A stretch of 64,000 nucleotides of DNA from Rhizodiscina lignyota (taxonomy: Eukaryota): assembly GCA_010015805.1 (NCBI GenBank), contig ML978143.1, positions 124,001-188,000 on the forward strand, read 5' to 3'. Under the pieces are notes generated by a model, which ran no database searches, was not told where the DNA came from, and saw only the letters and a program-made list of their open reading frames with translations. Of this stretch, positions 50,612 to 63,484 are shown one piece after another. Each line of letters starts with the position of its first letter. The stretch's first letter is position 1. The translations under genes and the position numbers were made by a program.

Positions 50612-53600
50612 ATGCTACCACCAGGCCGTCGGCGCATCTCTACCCTCCCTCTCGCTATCCTCGCCCTCCTCCTCTTCACCTCCACCGCCTCAGCCGCATC
50701 TGCAGTCCTTGGAATCGACCTAGGCACCGAATACATCAAAGCCGCCCTCGTGAAACCTGGCATTCCCCTCGAAATCGTCCTCTCTCGAGACTCCAAACGC
50801 AAAGAAGCCGTTGCCGTGGCGTTCAAACCAGCAGGCACCGGCAGAAATGTCAAGGTCGCAGAGGGTGAATACCCAGAACGCCTGTACGGCAGCGATGCCA
50901 TGGCGCTCACCGCGCGGCGACCAGACGATGTCTATGTCAACTTGAAGCAGTTGCTTGGACTGCCGATAGATGCGGCTGAGGTAAAGGAATACCAGAGCAG
51001 ATATCCTGCGCTGCAGGTTGTCAAGCAGGAAGGGCGCGACGCCGTTAGCTTCGAGAGCCCGAGCTTCAACAAGCTGGACGTGCCATTCTCAATCGAGGAG
51101 ATTCTCGCTATGGAGCTCAAGAACGTCAGGCAGAATGCGCAAACGCTAGCCGGGAAAGGCCACGCAATCAACAACGCAGTCTTTACGATCCCAGCGTTCT
51201 ACACTGCTGACGAGCGGCGCGCCGTGGAGCTCGCGGCCGATTTGGCGGGCTTGAAAGTGCTCGGCATGGTCACGGATGGCCTGGCGGTTGGTATTAACTA
51301 TGCGACGACCAGGACGTTCCCGAGCATCAATGAAGCGGCGAAGGATGGGACGATGGGCAAGCCGGAGCATCATATGGTTTTCGATATGGGAGCGGGTTCG
51401 ACGACTGCGACAGTGTTAAAGATGCAAGGACGGACGGTGAAGGACGTTGGCCGTTTCAACAAGACAATCCAAGAGGTCATGGTTTTGGGCAGCGCATGGG
51501 ATAAGACGCTTGGTGGAGATACATTAAACAGGGCCATCGTTGCGGACATGGTAGGCCAGTTTGTGGACTCGTCTGCAGCGAAGAGCGCTGGTGTAGAGGC
51601 GGAGAAAGTCAAGGCTCATGGCCGCGCGAATGCAAAGCTGTGGAAAGATGCTGAGCGTCTCAGACAAGTCTTGAGCGCCAATCAGGAGGCAAGCGCTAGC
51701 TTTGAGGGACTCTTCGAGGACGTTGATTTCCGGTACAAACTCTCCAGAGGACAGTTCGAAGAGCTGGGATCCAACTTTGCGGAGCGCATCGACAAGCCTA
51801 TCACGCAGGCGCTTGAAGCAGCGAAACTGAAGATGGAGGATCTCGACTCCATCATTTTGCACGGAGGCGCAGTTAGAACACCAATGATTCAAAAGAAGCT
51901 GGAATCTCTTGTTGGGGGAGACGCGAGCAAGCTGAGGAGTAATGTCAATGCCGATGAGGCCGCCGTGTTTGGAGCCGCTTTCAAAGGAGCTGGATTGAGT
52001 CCCAGCTTCAGAGTTAAAGAGATCAAGGATACTGATGCCGCGAGTTACACTGCTGGCATCCGCTACATGGTCGATGGCAAAGAGAAGTCGCAGAAACTGT
52101 TCATTCCAACCAGCTTAATCGGTGCTGCCAAGCAAGTAACGCTGAAGAACTTGGACGATGTCGACTTTACGCTCTTCCAGCAAGTCCCAGCGGGCGAGAG
52201 ACCAGTCGTCAAGATACAGACAACCAATTTGACGGACTCAGTTAAGCAGCTGGTCGACAAGTTTAGCTGCGCGAAAGAGGAGATTGCAACTAAATTCAGC
52301 ATCAGACTTGATCCCGTGAATGGACTGCCGGAGGTTGTTCAAGGTACCGTGAGCTGCGAAATTGACGACGCGAAGAAAGGCAGCATTGCAGACAATGTAA
52401 AGGGTCTCTTTGGATTCGGTTCGAAGAAAGAGAAGGGCTCTCAAGAGGTGTTCAAGGACGGATTTAGTCCGGAGGAGCTCGGTCAACAGGCTGAGTCGTC
52501 GGAAACAGAGGCTTCAAAGTCCTCTTCCTCAACCCAAATCCTATCATCATCTGCAACGGCGGAAGCCAAATCAGAGACTCTGAAGAAGCGAACTGAAACT
52601 GTTAATATCGCATTCGTTACTACACCACAGGGCCTTGAATCGCCGTCAGAGAAGGAACTGAAGCGGATGAAGGACCGGTAAGCTTTAGCCGTTGAAAGGC
52701 GTATTCTCATTAATGCTAATTGCCAATAGGTTGACTGCATTTGACGCATCCGATGCTGCTCGAGTGCAGCGATCTGATCTGCTCAACTCACTAGAAGCTC
52801 TCACCTACCGCGTCCGCGATTGGCTCGAAGATGCAGCTTTCACCGCATCGGCCACCGCATCGGAACAAAGCTCCCTAAAGGCCCTTGCCAAGGAGGCCGG
52901 TGAATGGATTTATGGAGATGGAGCACACGCCAATGTGAAAGCGCTCAAGGAGAAATTGAAGGGCCTGAACGACATCCTTGGACCCATCCAGAAGCGGCGA
53001 GATGAGGCAACCAAGCGACCGGAGCAAATTAAACTCCTCCAGGATGCCCTGGATCAAACCAAGGCCATGGCTGCGGTCGTGAAGGAATCCTTGGAAGAGG
53101 CAGCCGCGAAAGCCAAGGAAGAAGGTGAGGCAGCACTGTCCGCAGCAGAGGCATCTGCTTCCTCTGTGGCTTCCGCGGCTTCGGAAGAGGCTTCCTCTGC
53201 AACTTCTGCTGTGGAAGGGGATGAATCATCTTCATCTTCATCTTCCGCTACTGCAAGTCCGTCACCCTCTGCGTCACCCGAGAGCTTCTTCCCTACGTAC
53301 ACTCCCGAGGATCTCACAGCAATCACATCCGTATACGACGACATTTCCGAGTGGCTGTCCGAGAAGCTCGCGTTGCAGCAGAAGCTCGGGCCCTCAGACG
53401 ACCCCGCAGTGCTTTCGACGGATCTGGAAGCAAAAGCAAAGGAGCTGAACAAGGCGCTTATGGACGTGATTCAGCGGAAGATCTACACGCCCCCGAAGAA
53501 GCCGAAGAGCAAGTCTTCGAAGTCGACAAAGTCGAAGACGAAGAGCAAGGGCAAGAAGGACAAAACATTGTCCGATACGAAGGAGGCGGAGGCAAAGACT

Positions 53601-53672
53601 TCTGAAGCAGCGGGTCCCACGCCGGAAGCAGACCCCTCTGCTGCGAATCCGCCGAAGCATGAGGAGTTGTAA
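50612..53672 (+). CDS. LHS1: ER lumenal Hsp70 / nucleotide exchange factor Lhs1 (Grp170/HYOU1)
   Basis: Signal peptide, VLGIDLGTEYIK, FDMGAGSTTAT, ILHGGAVRTP, NVNADEAAVFGA. Intron 52678-52729. ER retention signal HEEL. Confidence 0.96.
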
Positions 53673-53939
53673 ATTTCGGGGCCATTGAATGGAATTGTCC
53701 CGCGAGGGGCTTGGTCATGAGCTAGTCTTGCATACCCTGGAGTCTGGAAGATCAATGTTTTAGAAGGCGTGAATTGTTTCGAAACCTGTCACATTCTTTT
53801 TTTCAACTTGTGTGTTTTGAAATGTGATGTGATGTGACTGTGTCGTGGGGAAGATAGGCGAGGCAAGCCATGCTTGCAGCCATGCTTGCCCCTGATTTCC
53901 AGATGAGCCGATCTTTAAGCCACCACAGTCGAGTCCTTG

Positions 53940-53982
53940 ACGCGTCAAAATTTCCTTTAATTTCCGTCACGTGCTCACGCGT
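53940..53982. promoter_or_regulatory. Two MCB elements (ACGCGT) upstream of array gene 1
   Basis: ACGCGT at 53940-53945 and 53977-53982. Confidence 0.55.
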
Positions 53983-54117
53983 TTTGGTATTCCGCAGTTT
54001 ATCTCTTATACTTTCGTCGATATTGGAACATCCATTCAACACTGAAGAAAGCTCAAAACGGCTAAAAGCAAATACTCATCAGCGGCTACGTCTAATTCAA
54101 CTTTTCCGAAGACCCCA

Positions 54118-56307
54118 ATGACTTCTGGAACCTCGAAAGGTTCGCGCACGTACAAGGCAGAGTTCTTGCCACCAACGAAGCCAAAACGAACGCGACTTCT
54201 TGAGGATGACCAACACGATCTTATTGACCAAGCAGATCGCCAGACTCTTCGCTATTATGCCAACAGAATCAAGAATGCAAGACCGGACTTGCGTCAAATG
54301 CTGTATCAATTTCTCTGCCAAGAATTGCCCAAAGAGGACTTGCGGACGAACTCCCCCCACCCAATGTGAGTAGTAACAGTCCCGCATTTCAAGGTAGCAC
54401 TAACTTTGTCGACAGCACTTCATCCGCAGCCTCGCACTCTGTCGTTCAATCCACTTCATCTGTATTCCCACAGTCTCTGCGCGTAGCGCGGCACCGACCA
54501 TCCTCGCCAGTAATCTTAGACCTGGGTGAAGGGTCGAGTGCAGATAACAGTCCTGCTCAATCCCCTATTTTTGATTCTCCAGAGGATGAGGGACGCCGAT
54601 TTTTATCAAGCCCAACATACAATTCGGATAGTATTACTACTCCTGCGCCTTCGAAACATTCGGCAAACGTAACTAGCAGCTCACAAATCAGAAGCAGTCC
54701 ACCACAAAATTCAGGACTGGTAGCAGGATCGTCTCGGTGTCTGATCCGTGCCGACACAGACGACTGGCAACCGCCGCAGGATATCGACGATTGGGCCATC
54801 TTTGCGAGACTGGACAGCACTCCCAGAAGTCAGCGGAGAAGTTCATCGCGGTATGAAGCCACACGTAATAGTCCATTAGGATCGTCTCCGGCTCATGACA
54901 AGATGACGAGAGATGTTGCTCAGAGTGCTTCAAACTCTGTCTCGACTCCTCGTTCCGTTCAGGCGGGAGGTGTTGAGCATCATTCTTCAAAATCGACACT
55001 TACATCCGAAGCGCATCCCAAAGCAAGTTCCGTGAGGGTTGCCCAAAGGCGAACAATTTCCCATGTATCTGAAACTCCTTGTCTAGTAGAACAATCTTCC
55101 TCATCGTTGAAGAGAAAGGGAGAAGAACCTCAGTACATAATGCAGCAGAAGTTAGGCTCTACAACTGGAAATAGGAGCTCTTCTCCAGAATCCAACAATC
55201 AACAGGATGCGTCAGAGGCGGAAAGGCTTCTTCAGATGTTCGGGCCTAGGACTCATCGGCGTGCTGAAGGCACTGTCAACGCTACACCACAAATGCACGA
55301 TCGTCATGCCGCAAAAGATGCAAGTGCGCCTTCACCGAAGAGGCAATCGTGCCGCTCTCTCACGCAAAGACCTCATTCTCAGCACAGGAGAGCGCCCACC
55401 ACGTTAGATTCACAATGCAGTGAACAGGACTCGGAGGTAGTACGTGCGATACTTCAAACATCGTCCAGCAACAAAGGCAAGATGCCAATGCCAGTTACTA
55501 CAACTACAATGTCTGGTAATTTTACCAACCAATCTGAGTCTTCATCTTCAATAGCGGCTCAATCCCTCCAGGCTGGGTCTACGTCAAAGTCACATGCTGG
55601 AACTCGAACTATGCGTGATGGAAAGGTACCTGACGGGCCCTTACTCGTTACCAACGACTTCCACGATCAGAACAAAAGGTGCGCAACGTGTCCACCAGAT
55701 CCCAGAGCAAACGGTAGTCGAAAAGCCGGACAGCCTTTGATTTGCAAACACAGACTTCCCCTCTGTGAGACTGCGCCAAATGCACACTGTGCAGAAGGAT
55801 CCGGGAGAGGTGGAAGACAGTGGACCGATTCGGCTGAATCAAAACCTCTGGAACGCAACTCCGAGCGAAACAAGGAAAATAGTAATAACTCGCCCACAAA
55901 AGATCACCTGCAAACGTCGAATATCTCTGCTGTCTCTTCTACCCGGGCGGTGGAGGAACTCAAGCGGAAGTATGAAGACGAGATGTACGTATCTCTGTGC
56001 GCGAACTGTGAAGAATCGCTCTATGTGTATCCTGACCAGACTGACTTCGGCAAATGCTATGGCCATTCGGGTATGACAAAGCCTATTTTCACTCAATATT
56101 GACTGCTCACAGGAATCAGGGAAGAGACAGATTATACGGAAGCATTCGACATGGAAAGACCGCAGAAATTGGACGCATGAGGCAGCATTTCCTGTTCCGC
56201 CAGATGCCATGAAGTGGACATGCTGTAAGAAGGCTGGAACGATGAAACGCTGCAACTACAGAGGGCCGCATGTCCCTGTGGACTCAAAGCGACCCAGGCA
56301 GGATTAA
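54118..56307 (+). CDS. Tandem-array gene 1: N-terminal helical domain + disordered linker + C-terminal Cys/His zinc module
   Basis: Introns 54366-54415 (phase 2) and 56071-56119 (phase 1). LIDQADRQTLRYYANRIKNARPDLRQML; CANC-x15-CYGHSG..KWTCC-x8-C-x5-H. Confidence 0.8.
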
Positions 56308-56524
56308 GGCTGTCTATAAGAGAAATAGCCACGTGAATCTTTGGTGTCGCACGTGAGCAACACTTCGACTTATCAGATCAGTGGGCGCACAGTCATGCGT
56401 AGACTTTTCAGTCAAGCGTAGACTCCACACACATTCGTTGGAGTTCTCAGGCCCGCGTGACTTTTCAGTCCTGTGCGTGGTGTCAGTCTTTTGTGATGCA
56501 GACAAGCGCTAATGAAATATCGCG

Positions 56525-56779
56525 ACGCGTTTATCTTACTATGTTTAGTATAAATTTTGCTTTAGTTTGATAATACTAGGCGTTGGTTGGCTTGCCATGA
56601 CCCAACCAGTTACTCTATCCAGCATGCGTGTCACATTATTGTTTGCATCAGTTCAGAGCACATTTCGAGTATGCACAATTTTTCGCACTGAGCACAGCCC
56701 ATGACTCAAATTTACTCTTTAAAGCCCCTTTACTTATTACCCTGTCGTCCCTCAACTGTTTCTCAGCCCCTTAACGCGT
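56525..56779. promoter_or_regulatory. Two MCB elements upstream of array gene 2
   Basis: ACGCGT at 56525-56530 and 56774-56779. Confidence 0.5.
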
Positions 56780-56928
56780 GGTATGTTCCCCTCTTCAGCG
56801 CAGTATTCGCGCAACGCTCAACGGGGAAACACTCTGCACATCCGCTTTCGCAGTTATTGAACCGTCATATACCGTCTCTATTTTCTCGCTTTCATCAAGT
56901 CTCATCCACATCCGTTGATGAAGTCAAT

Positions 56929-57924
56929 ATGTTACGTTACAATGGAGGCCCTCACGATCCCCTTGTAAACAGGATGGAATTTGCGTCCACCAGGCAGTTT
57001 CGATTTGCCCTCAAAGAGATGCTCAAACACCACCCGAGTTTGGATGGGTTCATTCTTCCTGTGAATCTTCCAGATGTTCAATCATCATCAGGGTGAGGGC
57101 GATGCAACTGCAGAAGTGCATAATTGGATCTAATGATTCCCAGACATTCGTTGAATGCGACGCCATATCCCTCCGCATTTTCTCGTCGTGTACAGCCGCT
57201 GAGACCTGCGATATTATCGAATTCAACAGTTGCTTCAACCACGTCATCAAGGAGAAAAGCAAACATCACGACGTCCAATACTTCTTCCCAGGAAGTGATT
57301 GACTTGACGAAAGATTCTCCAGTGCGGCGCAGGAATAACCGGAGGACGGAGATTCTATGCCAACCCGGGTCACCTTCAAACCCTTCTGACGCCGAAATGC
57401 CAACATCTTCCACAAGCCCTGGGCACCAGAAGATTGCCGGCGTGTCCACAGTCGCAAAGTCATTTACTACCATCAATCAAGAGACTACGGTCGCTTCTCG
57501 TCGAGCGGACAAGTGCAAACGTAAAGCAACAACAGCGGAGGACATCCCTCCAGACGCGAAAGATCTAGCACCAGAGAGCCCCTCCGTAAAGAAACGGAAG
57601 TCTCCAGGCAAAAAATGTGAGAGATGCAAGTGTATCGTTCCCAGGGAGCAGTTCTCGGAGACATGTTATTACCATAAAGGTAAATTCCGCATATGTATAC
57701 TGAGTGGTCAAGATCTTGTCTACTAACTGAACTTCGCAGAGGAAATATTGAAGGGTGATCAGTGTATTCATCCTTGCTGCAGTCCGGACAGCAATGGATG
57801 TCAAGAGGCAGCGGAACATCGATTTGCCTCCAGAAAATCGAGTACGAGGAAATCGGAGTGTGAAAGACTTCAGGAAGATCTCCGTCTAGTTCCCATGGTT
57901 CGACGCCATCGTCTAATGGCCTGA
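56929..57924 (+). CDS. Tandem-array gene 2 (short linker)
   Basis: Introns 57093-57143 (phase 2) and 57680-57739 (phase 1). RMEFASTRQFRFALKEMLKHHPSL; CERC-x12-CYYHK..HPCC-x6-C-x5-H. Confidence 0.8.
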
Positions 57925-58485
57925 GATATGTGGCAGACAGCAACGACATTGCAATTCCTCATCCGTGTTGCGCATTTTCAGATTACTTCTCCGGATTATA
58001 CAAGTAGTTCGATGTCTTTCACTTTAGCTCATTGCCAGTGAAATTCGATTCTAGTCGAGCTCTTTTGCCATCCAGTATAATACGGGATCACATTTCGAAA
58101 GTGATTACGGAGTGCCATTTTTGAAGCCGCTTGCAGTGATTCCATTCTTTCAGAGCTTTACTTTCCAGTCGAATATAATCGTAAAAATTACGGCCAAGGA
58201 ACCTTCAGGTCGGTAATTCAGGGCTGAAATGTGATGGCTATGAACAGGGTAATACCCCTGAATCAAACAACCACATGGCGCCGATCCTTGCAAGGTGTTA
58301 CACCACAGCGAAAACACGGGGAGACGCGACGTCGCGGCCTCTGCACTTGCCGCGTCAAGCTATCCTTCAGTTTCATTCTTCAAAGACCATACCGACGGCG
58401 CTGTGCACTCCAGCTCTCATCTATCGTTGTTTTGCTTCTAGACTATCTGTCTCGCATCGTCAGCCTCTTACGCTTAGAGTACGCT

Positions 58486-60120
58486 ATGCCTTCGAAGGTA
58501 CAGAAGTCGCGACAAGCTCCCAAGAAAGTGAAGAGCAGACCCCTTGCACTCAAGGTTCTGCAGAATGCCATCGATCGCGCGACTGAGTCCCAGATGCGCC
58601 ATGCGCTGAACATGATCGGATGGTATAATGACGACCTAAGGCATGAAATCGTCAAGCACGTGTCTGTCAAAATACCGGACATTCAGAGTACCAGAACACG
58701 ACAACCAAAGGCCATAACTCAGTAAGTTACATGAATTAAGCGAATTCGCACTCAGAACTAATTAGTGGGGCCAGAGCCTCTCATCTGCTTCCATCACCGG
58801 ACACGGAACTCAGTACAACAGGCGGACAAATTGTCCTCGGTCCTCCGGAAACTTCCAATGAAGCGAAAACATCGAAATTCCTCAAAGATATGGATAACCC
58901 AGGCACATCCAGCGACTCTGGTGACGATGACGACTCCGATCCCCCTCCTAGCGTCGGATCTAAACCCCTGAAGGTGGCGAGGAAGAAGCGAAAGGTGGAA
59001 GATGAAATTCACAAGCTTTCCACTATTTCCAAACAAAATATCGACCCGCAAATTACTTCAGTTAAACGACCCACATGTGAGCCTAGGCTTGGTGAGAGTG
59101 CAAATGCTCCAAGCAACTCCAATGCCTCTGGCTCCTCATCCTCGGACTCGGACTCAGACTCAGACTCGAGCTCTTCAGACTCAGATTCTGATGTCTCGTC
59201 TTCTGCCTCCGTCGATGACCAGAGTCGACCACCAGACATCCAGGCAAGCCAAGGGCCGACCTCTACCAAGTCTCGAGAAGAGATAAAATCCACCTTGTAT
59301 GGGCCAGCCTCATACCATGCGCAATTTCAAGCACGAACACCGAAGACAAGTGTCTCTCGCAAGGGAAATACAGCCTCGTCCTCTACAGTAGAGCCTTTCC
59401 CATCAAGCATCTTGAAGCATACGCCACACACACCACTGTCAAACGAATCGGTGAGAGGACCGCAATCGGAGCGGCGGAAGAGATGCGCAAATTGCAAACA
59501 ACTTTTCCAGTCCGATCAACGACGAGTCGTTGGTGAATGCAGATATCACCCTCGTAAGCCCTCTGAACCTCGATCATTTGATCGATCTGCTAATTTATTT
59601 CCAGAAGAGTCTATTCGCCATCCAGACGATTCCGACGATGATTTCACTCCCATGGCGTTTGGTTCCCGGCCACGCAGCGGAGGGGAGCGATACATATTCC
59701 CTTGCTGCAATGGACCGAGTGGATCGAACGGATGTATTATCGGCTGTCATGTTGACAAAAGGACGAAAAGAACACAATTCGGCGGCATCCAAAAGAAGTT
59801 CCACACTCCTGAGAGGCGAGTTCGCTGCCAAAAATGTGAGAAGCTGTTCTTTCGAAATAAGACTTTCCCAGGGGACTGCCAATTCCATCTCCGTGAGTTG
59901 TTCTCTTTGAAGACGAGCTATATCGCATGTTCTAACGTGGCGAATAGAAGCTCTTATCCCAAACGAGAACAGCGATTGGTGGTTTCAGCCGAAATCAGGA
60001 ACATATCCGAAGGGGCTTGATGGCCCATTATGGGCATACATTTATCCATGTTGCCACGGCACTGGAGAGTCGGCGGGCTGTAGACTGGGAAAGCACATAC
60101 AACCGCCAGCACGTAGATAG
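58486..60120 (+). CDS. Tandem-array gene 3 (two zinc modules)
   Basis: Introns 58722-58774 (phase 2), 59554-59604 and 59893-59947 (both phase 1). AIDRATESQMRHALNMIGWYNDDLR; CANC..CRYHP..FPCC..GC..H and CQKC..CQFHL..YPCC..GC..H. Confidence 0.82.
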
Positions 60121-60637
60121 GGAGATCAATACATGCAGGATCAGCAGATAGACTTCTCCTTTGCCTAATGCTCTTCAGCAGTTAGAGATTGGTTGTGAGA
60201 ATTTCTTGCTTCTCGTCATAAACATCAGTGATTTATGAGAGGCATGAACGGTTGAGACGAGTGAGAAGCAAGGAAAATCAGACGGGTAAGTTAAAAACTG
60301 TCTAGCGCAGACGCCACCGGAGACTTGAAATGCTCTTCATCCCACCCTGCTCCTCCGCAGGTCTCATTGCTCCCCTCAACGCTTGGAATGTAACATGTTG
60401 ATTTCGAGTTGCGAAACTAATACATAAATTACATCTAAGAAATCATGATCCTTAGCTATGCTTATTCATTGCGGTATTTCTACAGCCTCTCTCTGTATCA
60501 AAAATATGATGTCTCCTGATGATCCGATCCTGAATCGAGGCGAGGCAATCCGAAGCCCCGCGGCGCCACCACCAATTTACTCTGTGAAACGGTGTCTCAA
60601 ATTATACACTACGACGTCTCGGCGATAGGCGAATTGG

Positions 60638-60672
60638 ACGCGAAAATGACGCGAATTTCCCGCACGACGCGT
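60638..60672. promoter_or_regulatory. MCB/SCB-like cluster upstream of array gene 4
   Basis: ACGCGAAA at 60638, ACGCGA at 60649, ACGCGT at 60667. Confidence 0.55.
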
Positions 60673-60758
60673 AGACGTACCTGGGAGATCTCGGCCAAGC
60701 CAGTCATCTCAGTCTCCCGCCCACCATATCCTTTCGACTGGAGTCGTTGTGATAGATC

Positions 60759-62930
60759 ATGGCATCAGCCACTCGAACAGAGGAAGCAGACTCAATGTCG
60801 GAGTCTGAAGATGACGAGCAGTTCAACGCTCTTAATTTGGCACTTGCTGCCGAAAAGACCGCCGATGGTGAGGGAGTGCGCTGGGCTCTCACGATGCTAG
60901 GATACCATGCTCCTCACGCTGGCCCAACACTGGAAAGAATTATAGATCGATGTGGTCGAAGAAAAAAGCGCAATGATGAACAAAAGATGCTCCTGTGAAT
61001 CCACCCCTGATCTCCCACAGAATAGCAGTTGGCTAACATGATAAAGGACACCGGATTGTTCTCAACAACAACCTGAGGATGATGGCAATTGCGAAGATGA
61101 CGAACCAATATCAATACAGCTTCGAGATAGTCCGGCGGCTACAACGGCATCCAACGAGCCGATCAGTCCATTGCATTCTGCACATGCCGACGAGGACGAA
61201 GAAGATGCAATCATAGAGCCTGGATTGACTACTTCACCTTCGCCGAGTCCTTCTGATGATTCTGCGGTCGCAGAGGGTTACGAAAGAGACATTGCCGCGA
61301 GTAACGCTCTAAGCGTACAGAAGTTCAAAGATTTCAATCGGGCTCAAGAGAGCACCGCCGACGAGATGCCAGACGAGAGTTTTAGCTCACTTTTTGTTAC
61401 GCCGAATACTGCAGAGCAGAGAAAAGCTTGGAACGTTGAAAGATCGAGGGAGCCCTCAAATGGGTGCCAGTACGAGACCAACTCTTCAGAGACGCCTTGT
61501 CCGCCGGATAACTCAGCTATGTCCACGAAACTGAAGTGCAGTATTTCTGGAGATGCAGCCGAATCTTCAAGACATTTTCAATGGCCATCACACACCAGAC
61601 CCGGAATCCCGTTCGTGGAGTCACCATCTATACCAGCCTCAGCACAGACCTGTGGATCAGGAAAAGAACATTACCTTTACAGAAGTAGGCGTGGAGACTT
61701 CTGGCGACCGTCGCCATCTAGATATCAGCGTGATGGAAGCAATTTTGGTGCTAGGCGTTCATTAAGACATGCAAATCCCCATAATTGCGATTCTTCACCA
61801 CATGCTCAACACCAACCGACTGATCGTGCGCCCTTACCTCATCACGAGAGGAACATCAGGGACAATAGTGCTAGCAGTGCTGAGTCTTGGGATGGCGACC
61901 AAGAGCTGAGAGGAACCATGCAGCGAGTAGCGAATGGCGACCCCAGAGGAGATGTGATATCAGGCGCCATCACGACTTCGAGCCCCTCCAATGAAAAGCA
62001 AACAGTTCCAGGATCAGATCAGCGAGGCAACGAGGAGAATATTGCAAGGGGACCGCGGTTATCGAAACACCATGCACCGACCGATTCGGCTGAATTTAGA
62101 GCGGATGCAAATAGAGACGGAAGAGGAACCGGCACTGCACGCAAATCGAAACGTATTCGAGACGCTGAAGAAGCACGCCAGGCAGAGGAGCGACTAGAGC
62201 CTCTTGAGCGTAGCCCTGAGTTAGGGACTACACCAGTTCCTCCAACTCCGGATACAACGCAAGCTAATAGTCTCCAAGAAACCTTTCACCGACCAAAAGA
62301 ACTTTTAAGCGAGAAAGAAGGAGGCCCTCCGCTAGCTGAATCGCCACACCACACTGAATTCCCGGCACCTGCGGCGAACCTATCTGTGCGAAAAAGTCGG
62401 AAGAATGGGAAACGCTTAAAAAAGAAGCGCCGAGCTACTCAGTCAACTCCCGATTGCAAGCCCACCCCTGGTAGACGCAATTGCCAGCATGAACTGCCCC
62501 TTACCAACGTCGCCGAGGACGAACAACCTCCATTGAAACGCAGAAAGCTTCCAGCATCGCGGGAGTACAAGTGTCCAACTTGCGACCTACGACTTCATGT
62601 GTACGTCGGCCAGCAAACTTTCCGAGGAGGCTTATATCATCCCGGTGCGTTCGCGCGTATGGATAGAGAATGACACATTTAGAAGTTGAATGCTAATACC
62701 TGATAGGGCATCTTGAAAGAGACCTGGATCACTCGTGGTGGACTGGAGATGGCGTTGATACGTACAATGTGGGCAAGCGACCACCCGAAGAAGCGTACAA
62801 ATGGACTTGTTGCGGGGAGGTAGAAAACTGGCCCGCATGCAAACTACATGTGCACGAGTCGGAGATGTTTGATAGATCTGTCTTACCAGATAATTTTGAG
62901 GACTCTGACGTCGATGAAAATAGACCTTGA
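60759..62930 (+). CDS. Tandem-array gene 4
   Basis: Introns 60995-61046 (phase 2) and 62645-62706 (phase 1). AEKTADGEGVRWALTMLGYHAPHA; basic NLS-like stretches; CPTC-x15-GLYHPG..KWTCC-x8-C-x4-H. Confidence 0.8.
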
Positions 62931-63323
62931 AGTCCTGCCAAGCCGCCACGCAGAATGCTCGGTTCCGTTCGAGGAATCGAGCAAGGCTCATGCGCCTTTG
63001 TGTACTATGGGAACGACTCCCACACCTCCATGTAAAATGTTTGGCCTAAACACAAAAAGCATATTATTCTCACTCGATATCCAAGTCCGGAAATATTCGT
63101 GCGATCCTTGGTAAAGTTCACTGTGGCACTCGCTCGTCTCAAAAGCCCCCGTACTATATATCGGAATGGACGGTAAATTCTATTTAAAGATACATACTGT
63201 ACAGAACCTAGCCCTTGTCCATGGCAAGATATCTTAACTTCGGCACACCCCAAGAGCACGGTCTCGTTTCCCGCGCCAGCTCTCCTGAAAATCATATTTC
63301 ACGGCGGGACGTGGCGCGGGTCA

Positions 63324-63336
63324 ACGCGTCACGCGT
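63324..63336. promoter_or_regulatory. Two adjacent MCB elements upstream of array gene 5
   Basis: ACGCGT at 63324-63329 and 63331-63336. Confidence 0.55.
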
Positions 63337-63484
63337 CGCGATGAATGAATTCCGTCCAAGCACCACTATATGTATCTTCCCCTCTGTAAACTTGATTTTA
63401 CGTTATGAGATCTAGCCCTTCAAATCCATGATTTAAGATATACTCGTCTCTAGTCACGCCCAGCAATCAAAGGGAAAATCCACA

